Below are positions 26,906 through 35,786 of a stretch of DNA of 64,000 bases, one piece after another. Numbering within the stretch: the first letter of the stretch is position 1; every line of letters starts with the position of its first letter. The notes under the pieces were generated by a model. It worked only from the letters and a program-made list of their open reading frames with translations. It was not told where the DNA came from and ran no database searches. The translations under genes were made by a program, and so were the position numbers. Origin of the DNA: Candidatus Zixiibacteriota bacterium (lineage in GTDB: Bacteria; Zixibacteria; MSB-5A5; GN15; FEB-12); NCBI GenBank assembly GCA_022571985.1, contig JACZWU010000002.1:360136-424135 (forward strand), given 5' to 3'.

Positions 26906-28187
26906 CGCCGATTGTTCCTTTCACCTTTACTGATCCTGTTGGAATAACCGGCGGCTGTTGAGTCTGCTCTTCGCCGCCGGCGGGAGGAGTAATAGAGCCG
27001 GTGTTTTCAAGTACATTTCCCAGAGTTGACTCAAGTTCTGTAAGTCCGCCGATGGTCTCTGTCTGAATAAAATTTTCAAACTCCTGTTCATTGGATAAGA
27101 TGGCGGTAAACTCCAGCTGGTCCTGAGCATAAAAGAAACGATTATCTATATTTGAGGCCCGGCGAAATTCTTCCATGGCCTGTTCATACTGTCCTGCTTT
27201 TTGGTAAGTCAGACCTTTGCAGTAGGCCAGGAATGCTTCATATGAATCTGTAGGAATTATGTTAAGAGAATCCAGTTCTTCGGGAGTCAACTCAATATTA
27301 AGTTCGGCTAATATTTCCCGGACAAACTGTTTTTGCATCTCAAATATTTTTTTCAGGACAGATTCAGAACTTTCCGGAAAATATTCCGAGCTGTCGACAG
27401 TATTTACAATTATCCCGCTCAGGCGAAGATGATTAAGTTCCGGGCTGGTCAGGGTGGCTGTGACAATATTGCGGCTGCCAAGTATCCTTCCGACTTTAGG
27501 AGCTGAAGATCTGTCGATGAAATTTTCTTCGCCTCTTTTAAGTTCTTCAATGAGCAGATGAAGTTTGGTGCGCTCTACCACCGTTAACGCTTTTATTTTC
27601 GAGAGATCAATGGAGGTAAATTCTGAAAGTCCCAAGGCCACCGGTGCCAGTTCCGGGTCCAGGGACGAGCCGTCAAAATCATAAACGGCAATTGTATTTA
27701 GAGGTATAGAGTCGACATTAATGCTTTTCTCGGCTGCAATGGCAGCGCCAACTTCCAAGCGGATAGCCAGCAGGTCCAGTCGCTGGGTTACCCGCTTTGA
27801 AATTTTCTCTGATGATTCAAGCTGCAGTGCAGAATTATAAGCAGCGCGGGCTTCTTCATATTTGTTTTGTTTTTCAAATGTTATACCGAGGAAATATCTG
27901 GAGCGGGAATCTGCTTTTATTTTTTCCGCGCTCTTTAGGGCATCTATCGCCTGTGCGTAGTCGCCAAGTTCAAATCTGACCACGCCAAGTTCGCGCCAGG
28001 CTTTGAAATCCTGAGGTTTTTTGAGAACGCGGGCTTCGTATTTCTCAAGAGCGCTTGAAAAATTGCCTTCTTCGGAGAGCTTCCTACCTTGAGTATACAG
28101 ATTATTGCCGCAGCCTCCGGCAAGAAGTGAAACGGCCAGAACGACGATGAAAAAGTAACTGTTATATTCTTTTAGTAACGACACCAA
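26898..28187 (-). CDS. Probable lipoprotein with TPR repeats flanking a CsgG/LpoB/FlgO-like domain
   Basis: Signal plus LLAGGC. TPR-like helices occur at both ends. The central block is IAVYDFDGSSLDPELAPVALGLSEFTSIDLSKIKALTVVERTKLHLLIEELKRGEE...APKVGRILGSRNIVTATL. This is the 'IAV.xF.N.S......L...L...L......VVER..L..L..E..L......A..VGK.LGA' pattern. Confidence 0.6.
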   Translation of the reverse strand: MVSLLKEYNSYFFIVVLAVSLLAGGCGNNLYTQGRKLSEEGNFSSALEKYEARVLKKPQDFKAWRELGVVRFELGDYAQAIDALKSAEKIKADSRSRYFLGITFEKQNKYEEARAAYNSALQLESSEKISKRVTQRLDLLAIRLEVGAAIAAEKSINVDSIPLNTIAVYDFDGSSLDPELAPVALGLSEFTSIDLSKIKALTVVERTKLHLLIEELKRGEENFIDRSSAPKVGRILGSRNIVTATLTSPELNHLRLSGIIVNTVDSSEYFPESSESVLKKIFEMQKQFVREILAELNIELTPEELDSLNIIPTDSYEAFLAYCKGLTYQKAGQYEQAMEEFRRASNIDNRFFYAQDQLEFTAILSNEQEFENFIQTETIGGLTELESTLGNVLENTGSITPPAGGEEQTQQPPVIPTGSVKVKGTIGGD

Positions 28188-28207
28188 CCACAGCCATAAA
28201 TTGAGTG

Positions 28208-29260
28208 TTAGCCCACCAGCGGTCTATAGATATCCATTTTCTGTTTAGCCTGAATGAACTTATTGTCCATATCGTAGGCTTTCTTGAAATTTTCGTAGGC
28301 GTTTTTATAATCATACAGGTCCATGTACTCCAGTCCCAGAGAATAGTGATAGAGAGCATCAAAAGAATCTGAGCCGCCGTACTTCAATTCCTTTTTCGAA
28401 TCTTCACTTAACTCGCTGTCAAGTTTTGCTGCCAGTTCTGCGACCAGAGCTTTTTCCATGCTGTTAAAATCCGGCCGACCTTCTCTGTCAACCGATGCAA
28501 TAATCTCCGATGTTTCTACTTTAACAACTTTGGCAACCATCCTGGCGTGCCTGTCATCAATTTGAGAAATGGTGCCAAATACCATCAACTGGGCTCCCAG
28601 CATTTTGCCGACTTTGACAGCAGCTGCCTGGCTGGTGATACCTTCTTTGCTGAGTTTTATCTCTTCTAAGAGGTAGTCCATTTTGTTTCGTTCGATAACC
28701 CGCAAAGAGCTGACTTTTCCAAAATCATGAGCAAAGAATTCTGCCAAAGCATGGCTCAATAGTCCCAGCTTTTCCTGATATTCCCCTACCGAATAGTTAT
28801 CAAACGGCAAAAAGGCGATTGTCTTGGTACCTGTATCTTCGGCGGCACAGTTAAGTATTTCTTTTGATTTCATCAGTGAGTACCAGCGATTGCACAGCTG
28901 TTTTGGCCAAAAATTCTGTGGCAGCGGATTTAAGCAAGGTCCCACGCTGGCTATTCGATTCAGATAAGCGAAAGCTTTGTTATGGTGCTCGGTGCCCTTG
29001 GCATAGTTGCAAACGCCCAGGAACTCAAACACGGCAATGCTGTCGCGGGGCATTAAATCTGTGCGCTCCAGAAGATTTTCAGCCAACTTAATAGCTTTAT
29101 CAAAATCAGTTAAAGCATACATATCATAGGCTTTGCCCAATACATCTGAAACAGCTGTATCGTCTTGAGAATTAGCAGTTGCCAGCAGCATCGCGCATAC
29201 TAACAAGGCAGCTACCAAAAGTTTCTTAGAGAGAAAACTCAGCGGTCTTATAGCTCTCAT
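28208..29260 (-). CDS. Periplasmic TPR + CsgG/LpoB/FlgO-like domain protein (paralogous architecture to 26898..28187)
   Basis: Signal peptide LLVCAMLLATA. The central block is IAFLPFDNYSVGEYQEKLGLLSHALAEFFAHDFGKVSSLRVIERNKMDYLLEEIKLSKEGI...AAAVKVGKMLGAQLMVFGTIS. TPR-like ends are present. Confidence 0.6.
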   Translation of the reverse strand: MRAIRPLSFLSKKLLVAALLVCAMLLATANSQDDTAVSDVLGKAYDMYALTDFDKAIKLAENLLERTDLMPRDSIAVFEFLGVCNYAKGTEHHNKAFAYLNRIASVGPCLNPLPQNFWPKQLCNRWYSLMKSKEILNCAAEDTGTKTIAFLPFDNYSVGEYQEKLGLLSHALAEFFAHDFGKVSSLRVIERNKMDYLLEEIKLSKEGITSQAAAVKVGKMLGAQLMVFGTISQIDDRHARMVAKVVKVETSEIIASVDREGRPDFNSMEKALVAELAAKLDSELSEDSKKELKYGGSDSFDALYHYSLGLEYMDLYDYKNAYENFKKAYDMDNKFIQAKQKMDIYRPLVG

Positions 29261-29361
29261 TATCCCTACTCCGATTTGAGGTATTCTATGTTCCTGAAAA
29301 AGTAAAAATACAGGTCTTTTGAATATACACTATAGGGCTGTTTTGTCAAGGCGGCAGGGGC

Positions 29362-31017
29362 TTAGTCGACCGAGCGGGCGATGAACCTAAGTGTATCTCC
29401 TGCAATAACTACCAGGGTTGTCTCACGGTCTATTGGAGGAGATTCAAGAAACAGTCGGATTATATATCTTCCCGGTTTTAAGCTGAAGGTAAAAGGCGTC
29501 TCTTCAGACTGAAGCTCTCCATTTATGTATATGCTGGCTCCAACCGGCAGAGTGCCGACTCTGAGGCCACCAAAGAGAGGCTTTTCGATAAAAGTGTAGC
29601 TGAGATTAAGTGTTTGACCCGCTGAAAGTTTAAAGCTGTCAAAAATTACAGAATCTATAGATTCATCGTTGTTTTCAATTCTCAAAGAGTGGGAGCCAAC
29701 ATTCGAATTCAATACATATTCAGAGATATCTGAGGCAACCAGTTTATTATCCAGATAAAGATTGCCCGAAGGTTTGATCGCTAAACGAATTTTACCTTCT
29801 AAAACTGTGGTTGCACTTTGGTCATCATCAGGATTAACTGCGGACACTGGTTCAGCAAACTCTTCTTTGTCATTTTTGGCAGTCAGAGCTACATCATTTA
29901 AAATATCTTTGACAGTAGAATCAGCTTTCTGAAATTCAGATAATGTTTCACCTAAATCATTATCCAGTTTGTTTTGAGTCATATAATAAATGCCGGCGAA
30001 TGCAAAAATTATAACGATAAACGCCCAAGAAATCGATGACCATCGATGGCTTGCTACAAATTGTACAATCTTGCTTTTCTTTTCGTCAGTTTTGCTGTGT
30101 TCGTCTTTCGGTATCAGATTCTGACTGTCTACTGTTATATCATCAAAAGCCGGCGTTAGCTTATCAATGTTAATGGTATCTTCGAGATTGACAGGTCCAA
30201 CGATATTCTTAATGCGCAGTTTCTCAATATCCCTTAACATTTCACCGGCGTTGGTATATCTGTCTTCGGGATCTCGGCTGATTGCTTTTAAGATGATTCT
30301 GTCAAATTCTTTAGGTGTCTCAGGCGCCAGACTGCTTGGCGCCGGAGGCTCGGTATGTCTTTTATTTTCTGCTATTTCGCTCCAGTTTCTGCCCCGAAAA
30401 GGAAGTTTGCCGGTGACCATCAGATACAGTGTCGTTCCGATGGCGTATACATCGGCTTTGGGCCAATCAATTTTGGCCATGGGGTTAAACTGCTCCAGCG
30501 GTGCAAAGAGGGGCGTGCCTGAAAAAATCCCGGCGGCTGTCTGTTCGGGGTCGGCTTCATCTTTGGCAATGCCAAAATCGATAACCTTTAGATCTCCCTG
30601 CTTATCTACCATGATATTGCCGGGTTTAATATCGCGGTGATATATCTTTCTTTCGTGGGCGTAGGAGATGATTCTCAAAAGGTCAACCGCCAGTTTTAAG
30701 ACTACGCTTACGGGTAGCTTCTTTTCTGATTCAATAATGTCTTTGAGAGTGGCGCCCTCGATATATTGCATGACGATGATGGTTTTGTCATCGTCGGTGA
30801 AAAAGTGGAAGATGGTGCAGATATTCTGATGTTCGTTTAGTTTGGCCAGATTATTGGCTTCTTTTCTGAAGCTTTTTCCAAGACTCGGGTCTTTGAGCTT
30901 TTTTAATATGACCCGGTGGTCGGGGACGTCCTTATGATGGGCCAAAAAGACCTCAGCCATGCCGCCTTCGCCGACTTTTCGGATAACTTTGTATTCACCC
31001 AGAAATTCTTTGCTCAT
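29362..31017 (-). CDS. Membrane Ser/Thr protein kinase with extracytoplasmic PEGA domain
   Basis: Hanks kinase motifs GEGGMAEV, HRDIKPGNIMV, DFGIA and GTPLFAPLE. There is one TM segment (WAFIVIIFAFAGIYY). The C-terminal PEGA pattern is GGLRVGTLPVGASIYINGELQSEETPFTFSLKPGRYIIRL. Confidence 0.85.
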   Translation of the reverse strand: MSKEFLGEYKVIRKVGEGGMAEVFLAHHKDVPDHRVILKKLKDPSLGKSFRKEANNLAKLNEHQNICTIFHFFTDDDKTIIVMQYIEGATLKDIIESEKKLPVSVVLKLAVDLLRIISYAHERKIYHRDIKPGNIMVDKQGDLKVIDFGIAKDEADPEQTAAGIFSGTPLFAPLEQFNPMAKIDWPKADVYAIGTTLYLMVTGKLPFRGRNWSEIAENKRHTEPPAPSSLAPETPKEFDRIILKAISRDPEDRYTNAGEMLRDIEKLRIKNIVGPVNLEDTINIDKLTPAFDDITVDSQNLIPKDEHSKTDEKKSKIVQFVASHRWSSISWAFIVIIFAFAGIYYMTQNKLDNDLGETLSEFQKADSTVKDILNDVALTAKNDKEEFAEPVSAVNPDDDQSATTVLEGKIRLAIKPSGNLYLDNKLVASDISEYVLNSNVGSHSLRIENNDESIDSVIFDSFKLSAGQTLNLSYTFIEKPLFGGLRVGTLPVGASIYINGELQSEETPFTFSLKPGRYIIRLFLESPPIDRETTLVVIAGDTLRFIARSVD

Positions 31018-31159
31018 TGAATTCTAAGTATAAGCAACAGCTTCGATTGTGGCAATTGTACTATATTTGCAATAATCAGCTTTTTAGTTAAACTAAGGCA
31101 GCAGTAGATTTGCTATTATATTACAATAGCAAGGGTAGATTTGGACCAATTGGTCAAAA

Positions 31160-31553
31160 ATGGCATATCCGGACAATATGATAATAAGACTAAAAAAATT
31201 AGGTACTTCGGGCGGAGAAAGTACGGCTTTTAAAAAGGGGCAATTCAAAATCGGCCGAAGCACAGCCAATGATCTGTTTCTTAAAGATGCCTCGGTATCC
31301 CGGATGCATGCCGAGCTGGAAGTTGTTGATTCTGAGAATCTTGAACAATCATTAAACGGTTCTTTGGATTTACTGAGAGAAACTATCGATACTGACCGCC
31401 TGGCGCCGAGGTATCACCCGTGAAAAATTGCCACGCATCTTTGACCCCGGTTTTACTACCAGAGGCGCAGGTGTCGGCACCGGATTGGGACTGGCCATCG
31501 TACACAGCATAATGGAAGCGCACTCCGGCAGAAGCGAAGTGGGTAAAGGCTAA
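31160..31553 (+). pseudogene. Decayed chimera: FHA-domain N-terminal fragment joined out of frame to the last ~40 aa of a histidine-kinase ATPase domain
   Basis: Frame 2 (31160-31423) encodes GQFKIGRSTANDLFLKDASVSRMHAELEV, the first half of an FHA domain, then loses similarity. The +1 frame (from ~31377) encodes [47 protein letters not shown] (G2 box) and ends at the TAA at 31551-31553. No HisKA, N or G1 boxes lie in between. Confidence 0.6.
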
Positions 31554-31623
31554 GTTTTTAAAATTATTATTCCCGTAAAGCTTTTCAAAAGAGCAAATAG
31601 TACAAATTAAAGTTTTAATAATA

Positions 31624-32943
31624 TTATAATTTGACCCAGTCCGTAATCCGCTGCATTGCTTCTTTGATCCGGTAACACCAGGTATCTACAAAATCATCAG
31701 GCAGAGGTTTTTCAAGAGGTGTTGTCTGACTGGCTGTTAAAGCCTGGGCACCGTCAAAATCGACATAGGCAACACGCGCTGTAAGTTCGTTTTCCAGTCT
31801 CCCAAAGGCACTCCCCGGAAGAAGTGCTACGCCGGTTTCGTCAAGCATTCTCTGGCAGAGAGTTTTGCTGTCGCTGATGCCGCGTTCCGCAAGGCGCTCT
31901 TCGTATTTTGAAAAATCCAAAAAGAGATAAAAAGCCCCGGCAGGTTTGGGGACGAATATCTCTGACTGGCAAAGTATTTCCACGGATTCATCAGCTATGG
32001 CCGCAAGAATTCTTCTGGAATGCCACAAGTATTTTTCAATTTCTACGCCTCCCTCAAAAGCACGGATAGCTGCGCATTGAATTGGAGCGCAGACCGAAGT
32101 ATAGGTTTCACTCGCAACAGCGGCCATTTTTTCCAGGAGCCAGTCAAAGTCTGATGGAAAGGTAAATGTCCCCAGCCGCCAGCCGCCAGCTCCGCACCAT
32201 TTGGAAAGGCCTGAACTTATTATCGTTCCTTCGGGGTAGTAGCGTGCTATTGACTGATGCTTGCCCTGATGATGGAGCTGTCCGTAAATTTCGTCTGATA
32301 AAAGTATAACGCGATATTTTCGGGCAACTTCAGCTAACTCCTGCAGGTGTTCGGGAGAATAAGAACAGCCTTCAGGATTTCCGGGGTAATTTAATATCAG
32401 TATTCTGGGCCGGTACATATCATTTTGCTGGTCACAGTGTTTTTCGAATTTCTCTGCTGTCATTCGCCAGTTGTCTTTAGCCGATGTGTGTATGAGGCTG
32501 ACACTTCTGCCAAGGATTTTAGCTTGCGGAATGTATGAAACCCAGCAGGGGGTAGGCACGATAAGTTCGCCATAGTATACCATCTGCAAAAGAAACATCA
32601 GTTCTTTTGAGCCGGGTCCGATTAAGACATTGTCTGTGCTGGCGTCAATTCCGTCATGGACTCTATGGTAGTTTGCCACCTTTTCGCGCAAAACGGGGTG
32701 ACCTTTAGCCGGCAGATAATCCTTTTCATGAGCGTGCATTTTTAGTGCATCAACTACTGGAGTAGGAATCGGAAACGGAGACTGTCCCAGACCGAGTCGG
32801 TAAATAGTGCGTCCTTCGATTTGTAGAGCGCGGCTGGTATCGTTGATTTCAATCGTAGCTGATTCATGCAGACTTCGAACATTTAGGTTTAAGCTAACCT
32901 GCTTAGATATCATTTTTACACTGTCCCTATTAGAGCGGCCCAA
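31624..32943 (-). CDS. Class I/II PLP-dependent aminotransferase
   Basis: NYPGNPEG, a conserved Asn/Tyr context, and the PLP-Lys motif SSGLSKWCGAGGWRLG (SxxK......R.G). Confidence 0.8.
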   Translation of the reverse strand: MGRSNRDSVKMISKQVSLNLNVRSLHESATIEINDTSRALQIEGRTIYRLGLGQSPFPIPTPVVDALKMHAHEKDYLPAKGHPVLREKVANYHRVHDGIDASTDNVLIGPGSKELMFLLQMVYYGELIVPTPCWVSYIPQAKILGRSVSLIHTSAKDNWRMTAEKFEKHCDQQNDMYRPRILILNYPGNPEGCSYSPEHLQELAEVARKYRVILLSDEIYGQLHHQGKHQSIARYYPEGTIISSGLSKWCGAGGWRLGTFTFPSDFDWLLEKMAAVASETYTSVCAPIQCAAIRAFEGGVEIEKYLWHSRRILAAIADESVEILCQSEIFVPKPAGAFYLFLDFSKYEERLAERGISDSKTLCQRMLDETGVALLPGSAFGRLENELTARVAYVDFDGAQALTASQTTPLEKPLPDDFVDTWCYRIKEAMQRITDWVKL

Positions 32944-33190
32944 TAAGGTGCCGAATCTATTATTTCTTAACGGCTCTTAAGGTAAAAATTTAATCTAATA
33001 CTGATATGCAAACAGCTAAAAATCAGCTCTTTTAGCAGCCTGGAGGAGCCAGAAATTTTTGCTGGCTCAAATGGGTTACTCTCTAAAGCCCCTGTTTTAC
33101 GCTGTTTAGGAGATTTTGCCGTTATCGACTAACGCTAAAATAAGTTCCCTAACTGTCGATAAATATACTTGCAGCAGGAGACTATAGTTT

Positions 33191-33580
33191 ATGACTGAAA
33201 AGAGAAAACAGATACGCAAATCACCTCAGTTCTTTATTGGGGTCTATGATACTAATCAGACCAAAAGCGTTGGTCGTGTTGCCAATATTAATAGCGATGG
33301 TCTGATGGTTATTGGCAAATTCGAGCTAACCAGATATGCCAATTACAAAATAAGCATAGACTTACCCTATGCCATCAAAGAGCAATCACAAGTTTTCTTT
33401 GAGGCGCAGTGCCGGTGGTGCGAAATAGGCGAACGATCAAAGTTATACTCTAGTGGTCTGGAAATTACAAACATCTCTTCGGAAAATTCAGAGATTCTGG
33501 AAAAATTCCTTGAAGACTCACAAATAGTCGACGAATCCGGAGTATCAAAAATTTCGGTCATTATTGAAACCGGCACCTAG
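33191..33580 (+). CDS. PilZ-domain-like protein
   Basis: An RxxxR motif (RKQIR) near the N-terminus, followed by VGRVANINSDGLMV. That is a D/NxSxxG-like motif with the Ser position substituted. Confidence 0.5.
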   Translation: MTEKRKQIRKSPQFFIGVYDTNQTKSVGRVANINSDGLMVIGKFELTRYANYKISIDLPYAIKEQSQVFFEAQCRWCEIGERSKLYSSGLEITNISSENSEILEKFLEDSQIVDESGVSKISVIIETGT

Positions 33581-33633
33581 CTGCAAGAATTCCAGATAGG
33601 TTTAACTCATTAATTTATGAGTCCGGTTATTAG

Positions 33634-35067
33634 TTATTCCACAGTTACCAAAGACCCGCCAGAGCCAAGCCAGTCCATCATAAAACCACGCACATTGGTC
33701 GCTTGGTAGCCATTCTTCTGAAGAAAAGCTACCGCAAAGGCAGACCTTTGGCCGCTGCGGCAATGCACAAATATGTGACGGTCTTTAGGGAGTTCGTTTA
33801 ATCTTGTAAGAAGGCGGGTATAGGCAATGTGGGAGGCGCCGCCTATCATGCCCTCTTCCTTTAATTCAGAAGCGTTTCTGACATCCAGCACCAGCTGATT
33901 ATCAGATGTTAACGTCTGATGAAGTTCTGACATTTGGATTTCAGTAGATTTCTCTAAAGTTCCTCCACTTGCAGCAAATTCTTCTAATTGTTCGGGTGTC
34001 GTAAAGCATTCTATCTTATCAATGCCAATTTTAATAAGAGCAGTTACGGCATAGTTGAGCAAGCCTTCGGCAACAATCAGACAGACAGAAGAGTCACCCT
34101 CTAAGTACGAACCGGTGACGGTTTCAAAACGGTCGCTGAGCGGAGCAAATAAGGCGCCTTTTAGATGTCCCCGCATATAGTCCTGCCATTCGCGCGTATC
34201 CACTATTACGGAATTTTCGGACTTGGCCTGTTCGATTACTTCACCTGGAGAGATTTGTCTGGGCTGCGGCAGTTTGTTTAAGATAGTCGGACCATTTTTG
34301 TTTTCGATTTTCATTCGACCAAAGTAGTATGGAGGTTCCGGCTGACAATCGAGTATCGTTTCAACAAATTGTTCTTTATCCGATGCTGCAAGTATTGCAG
34401 CGTTGTACTTTAGTTCCTGCTGGACTGATGTCATTGGAGCCGCTCCCATAGATTTTCCGCAGGCGCTGCCGGCACCATGGCCCGGCCAAATCATCAGGTC
34501 TGGAGAAATCTTCTTGAACTTTTGAATAGAATCATAAAGAAGTTCAGCAGCTTCGCGCATGGTACCTTCCTGACCGGCAGCTGTCTCGAGTAAATCCGGA
34601 CGGCCAACATCGCCCACTAATACAAAATCACCCGAAACAATTCCCTGCTCTTTCAATTCGCCGTTTTCAAACTCCGAAACGATAAAAATTGTATGTTCAG
34701 GGGTATGACCGGGCGTATGCCTTACCTCAAAAGAAATCTGTCCGACTGAAAACTTGTCACCATCTTTTAACAATTGATAATTATAATTGCTGCTGGCTAA
34801 CCATTCAAATTTCCAGTCAGCGTCCCCTTCATCGGAAGCATATATTCTTATTCCTGTTTCAGCAAACTGCCTTAAGCCGGATATATAGTCAGCGTGAATA
34901 TGAGTATCGGCTGCTGCTACTATTTTGATTTTGTTTTGTTCGGCCAGGACAAGATATTTTTCAATATCTCTTTGGGGGTCGAATATAATGGCTTCACCGG
35001 TTTCTTTGTCTCCAATAAGGTAGGCGTATTGCGCCAGTCCCGGATCTTTTATCTGCTTAAAAAACAT
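33634..35067 (-). CDS. MBL-fold persulfide-dioxygenase-like hydrolase fused to two rhodanese domains
   Basis: The metallo-beta-lactamase motif DTHIHADYISG and RHTPGHTPEH. The C-terminal rhodanese active-site loop is HCRSGQRS. Confidence 0.8.
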   Translation of the reverse strand: MFFKQIKDPGLAQYAYLIGDKETGEAIIFDPQRDIEKYLVLAEQNKIKIVAAADTHIHADYISGLRQFAETGIRIYASDEGDADWKFEWLASSNYNYQLLKDGDKFSVGQISFEVRHTPGHTPEHTIFIVSEFENGELKEQGIVSGDFVLVGDVGRPDLLETAAGQEGTMREAAELLYDSIQKFKKISPDLMIWPGHGAGSACGKSMGAAPMTSVQQELKYNAAILAASDKEQFVETILDCQPEPPYYFGRMKIENKNGPTILNKLPQPRQISPGEVIEQAKSENSVIVDTREWQDYMRGHLKGALFAPLSDRFETVTGSYLEGDSSVCLIVAEGLLNYAVTALIKIGIDKIECFTTPEQLEEFAASGGTLEKSTEIQMSELHQTLTSDNQLVLDVRNASELKEEGMIGGASHIAYTRLLTRLNELPKDRHIFVHCRSGQRSAFAVAFLQKNGYQATNVRGFMMDWLGSGGSLVTVE

Positions 35068-35208
35068 TCTTTCCCCTTTAGTAATTTCAACTGGTATATT
35101 ACACTTATCAACAGTAAATGTTGGCTGAAGAGAGTGCCTATGTCAAGAGTCAAGAGCTTTTGCATTGCAAAATAATCAGGTAATATTCATAACTGAGAAG
35201 GCGCTAAT

Positions 35209-35397
35209 TTGATGGACAAGAAGCTTTACAGATCATCAGAACACTATATTCTGGGCGGAGTCTGCGGCGGTATAGCCGAGTACTTTGATACCAGCCCAAC
35301 ACTAATCAGGATAGTTACGATTATCCTGTCAATATTACCGGGAGTTGGTCTGATTAGCTATATCATTGCCTGGATATTAATCCCCAGACGGCCTTGA
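35209..35397 (+). CDS. PspC-domain membrane protein
   Basis: LYRSSEHYILGGVCGGIAEYFDTSPTLIRIV plus one TM segment. Confidence 0.8.
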   Translation: MMDKKLYRSSEHYILGGVCGGIAEYFDTSPTLIRIVTIILSILPGVGLISYIIAWILIPRRP

Positions 35398-35786
35398 GCC
35401 AAAGGTCTTGGCTTCGCTCTCGTAATCAAGCTTGGCATTTTTTGAGATATTTTGTTTCAGATTGAAACGAAAGAATAGAATTTCACCCATAATTTAATCA
35501 TTTCATCCAAGTGATAAACGAATTGAACATAGCCGGAGTTCAGAAACTACGGCATTGTAACACTCGCTGGTTCAGCAACTTAAACCCATTTCACGTCAAT
35601 CTGAAAAACTTACCTCCTATAATTTAGTGGGATGGAAGTGCCGCTATCATCCAAATAATCATTGACAGTAATCGCTTTATTTTCCATCTTTAATGAAGTA
35701 TCAACTATAAGATGAGCCTGATATCCAAGAGCCTTTATCAAAAGGGCTAACAGGCTAACGAACTTCACTGTGCGGGAGGACCTGCC

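Noticed and set aside
33191-33580. A possible c-di-GMP link between the PilZ-like protein and the surface-protein clusters.
   Set aside because: The second PilZ motif is imperfect (NINSDG rather than DxSxxG). The gene is isolated between unrelated housekeeping genes, so nothing supports a functional connection.
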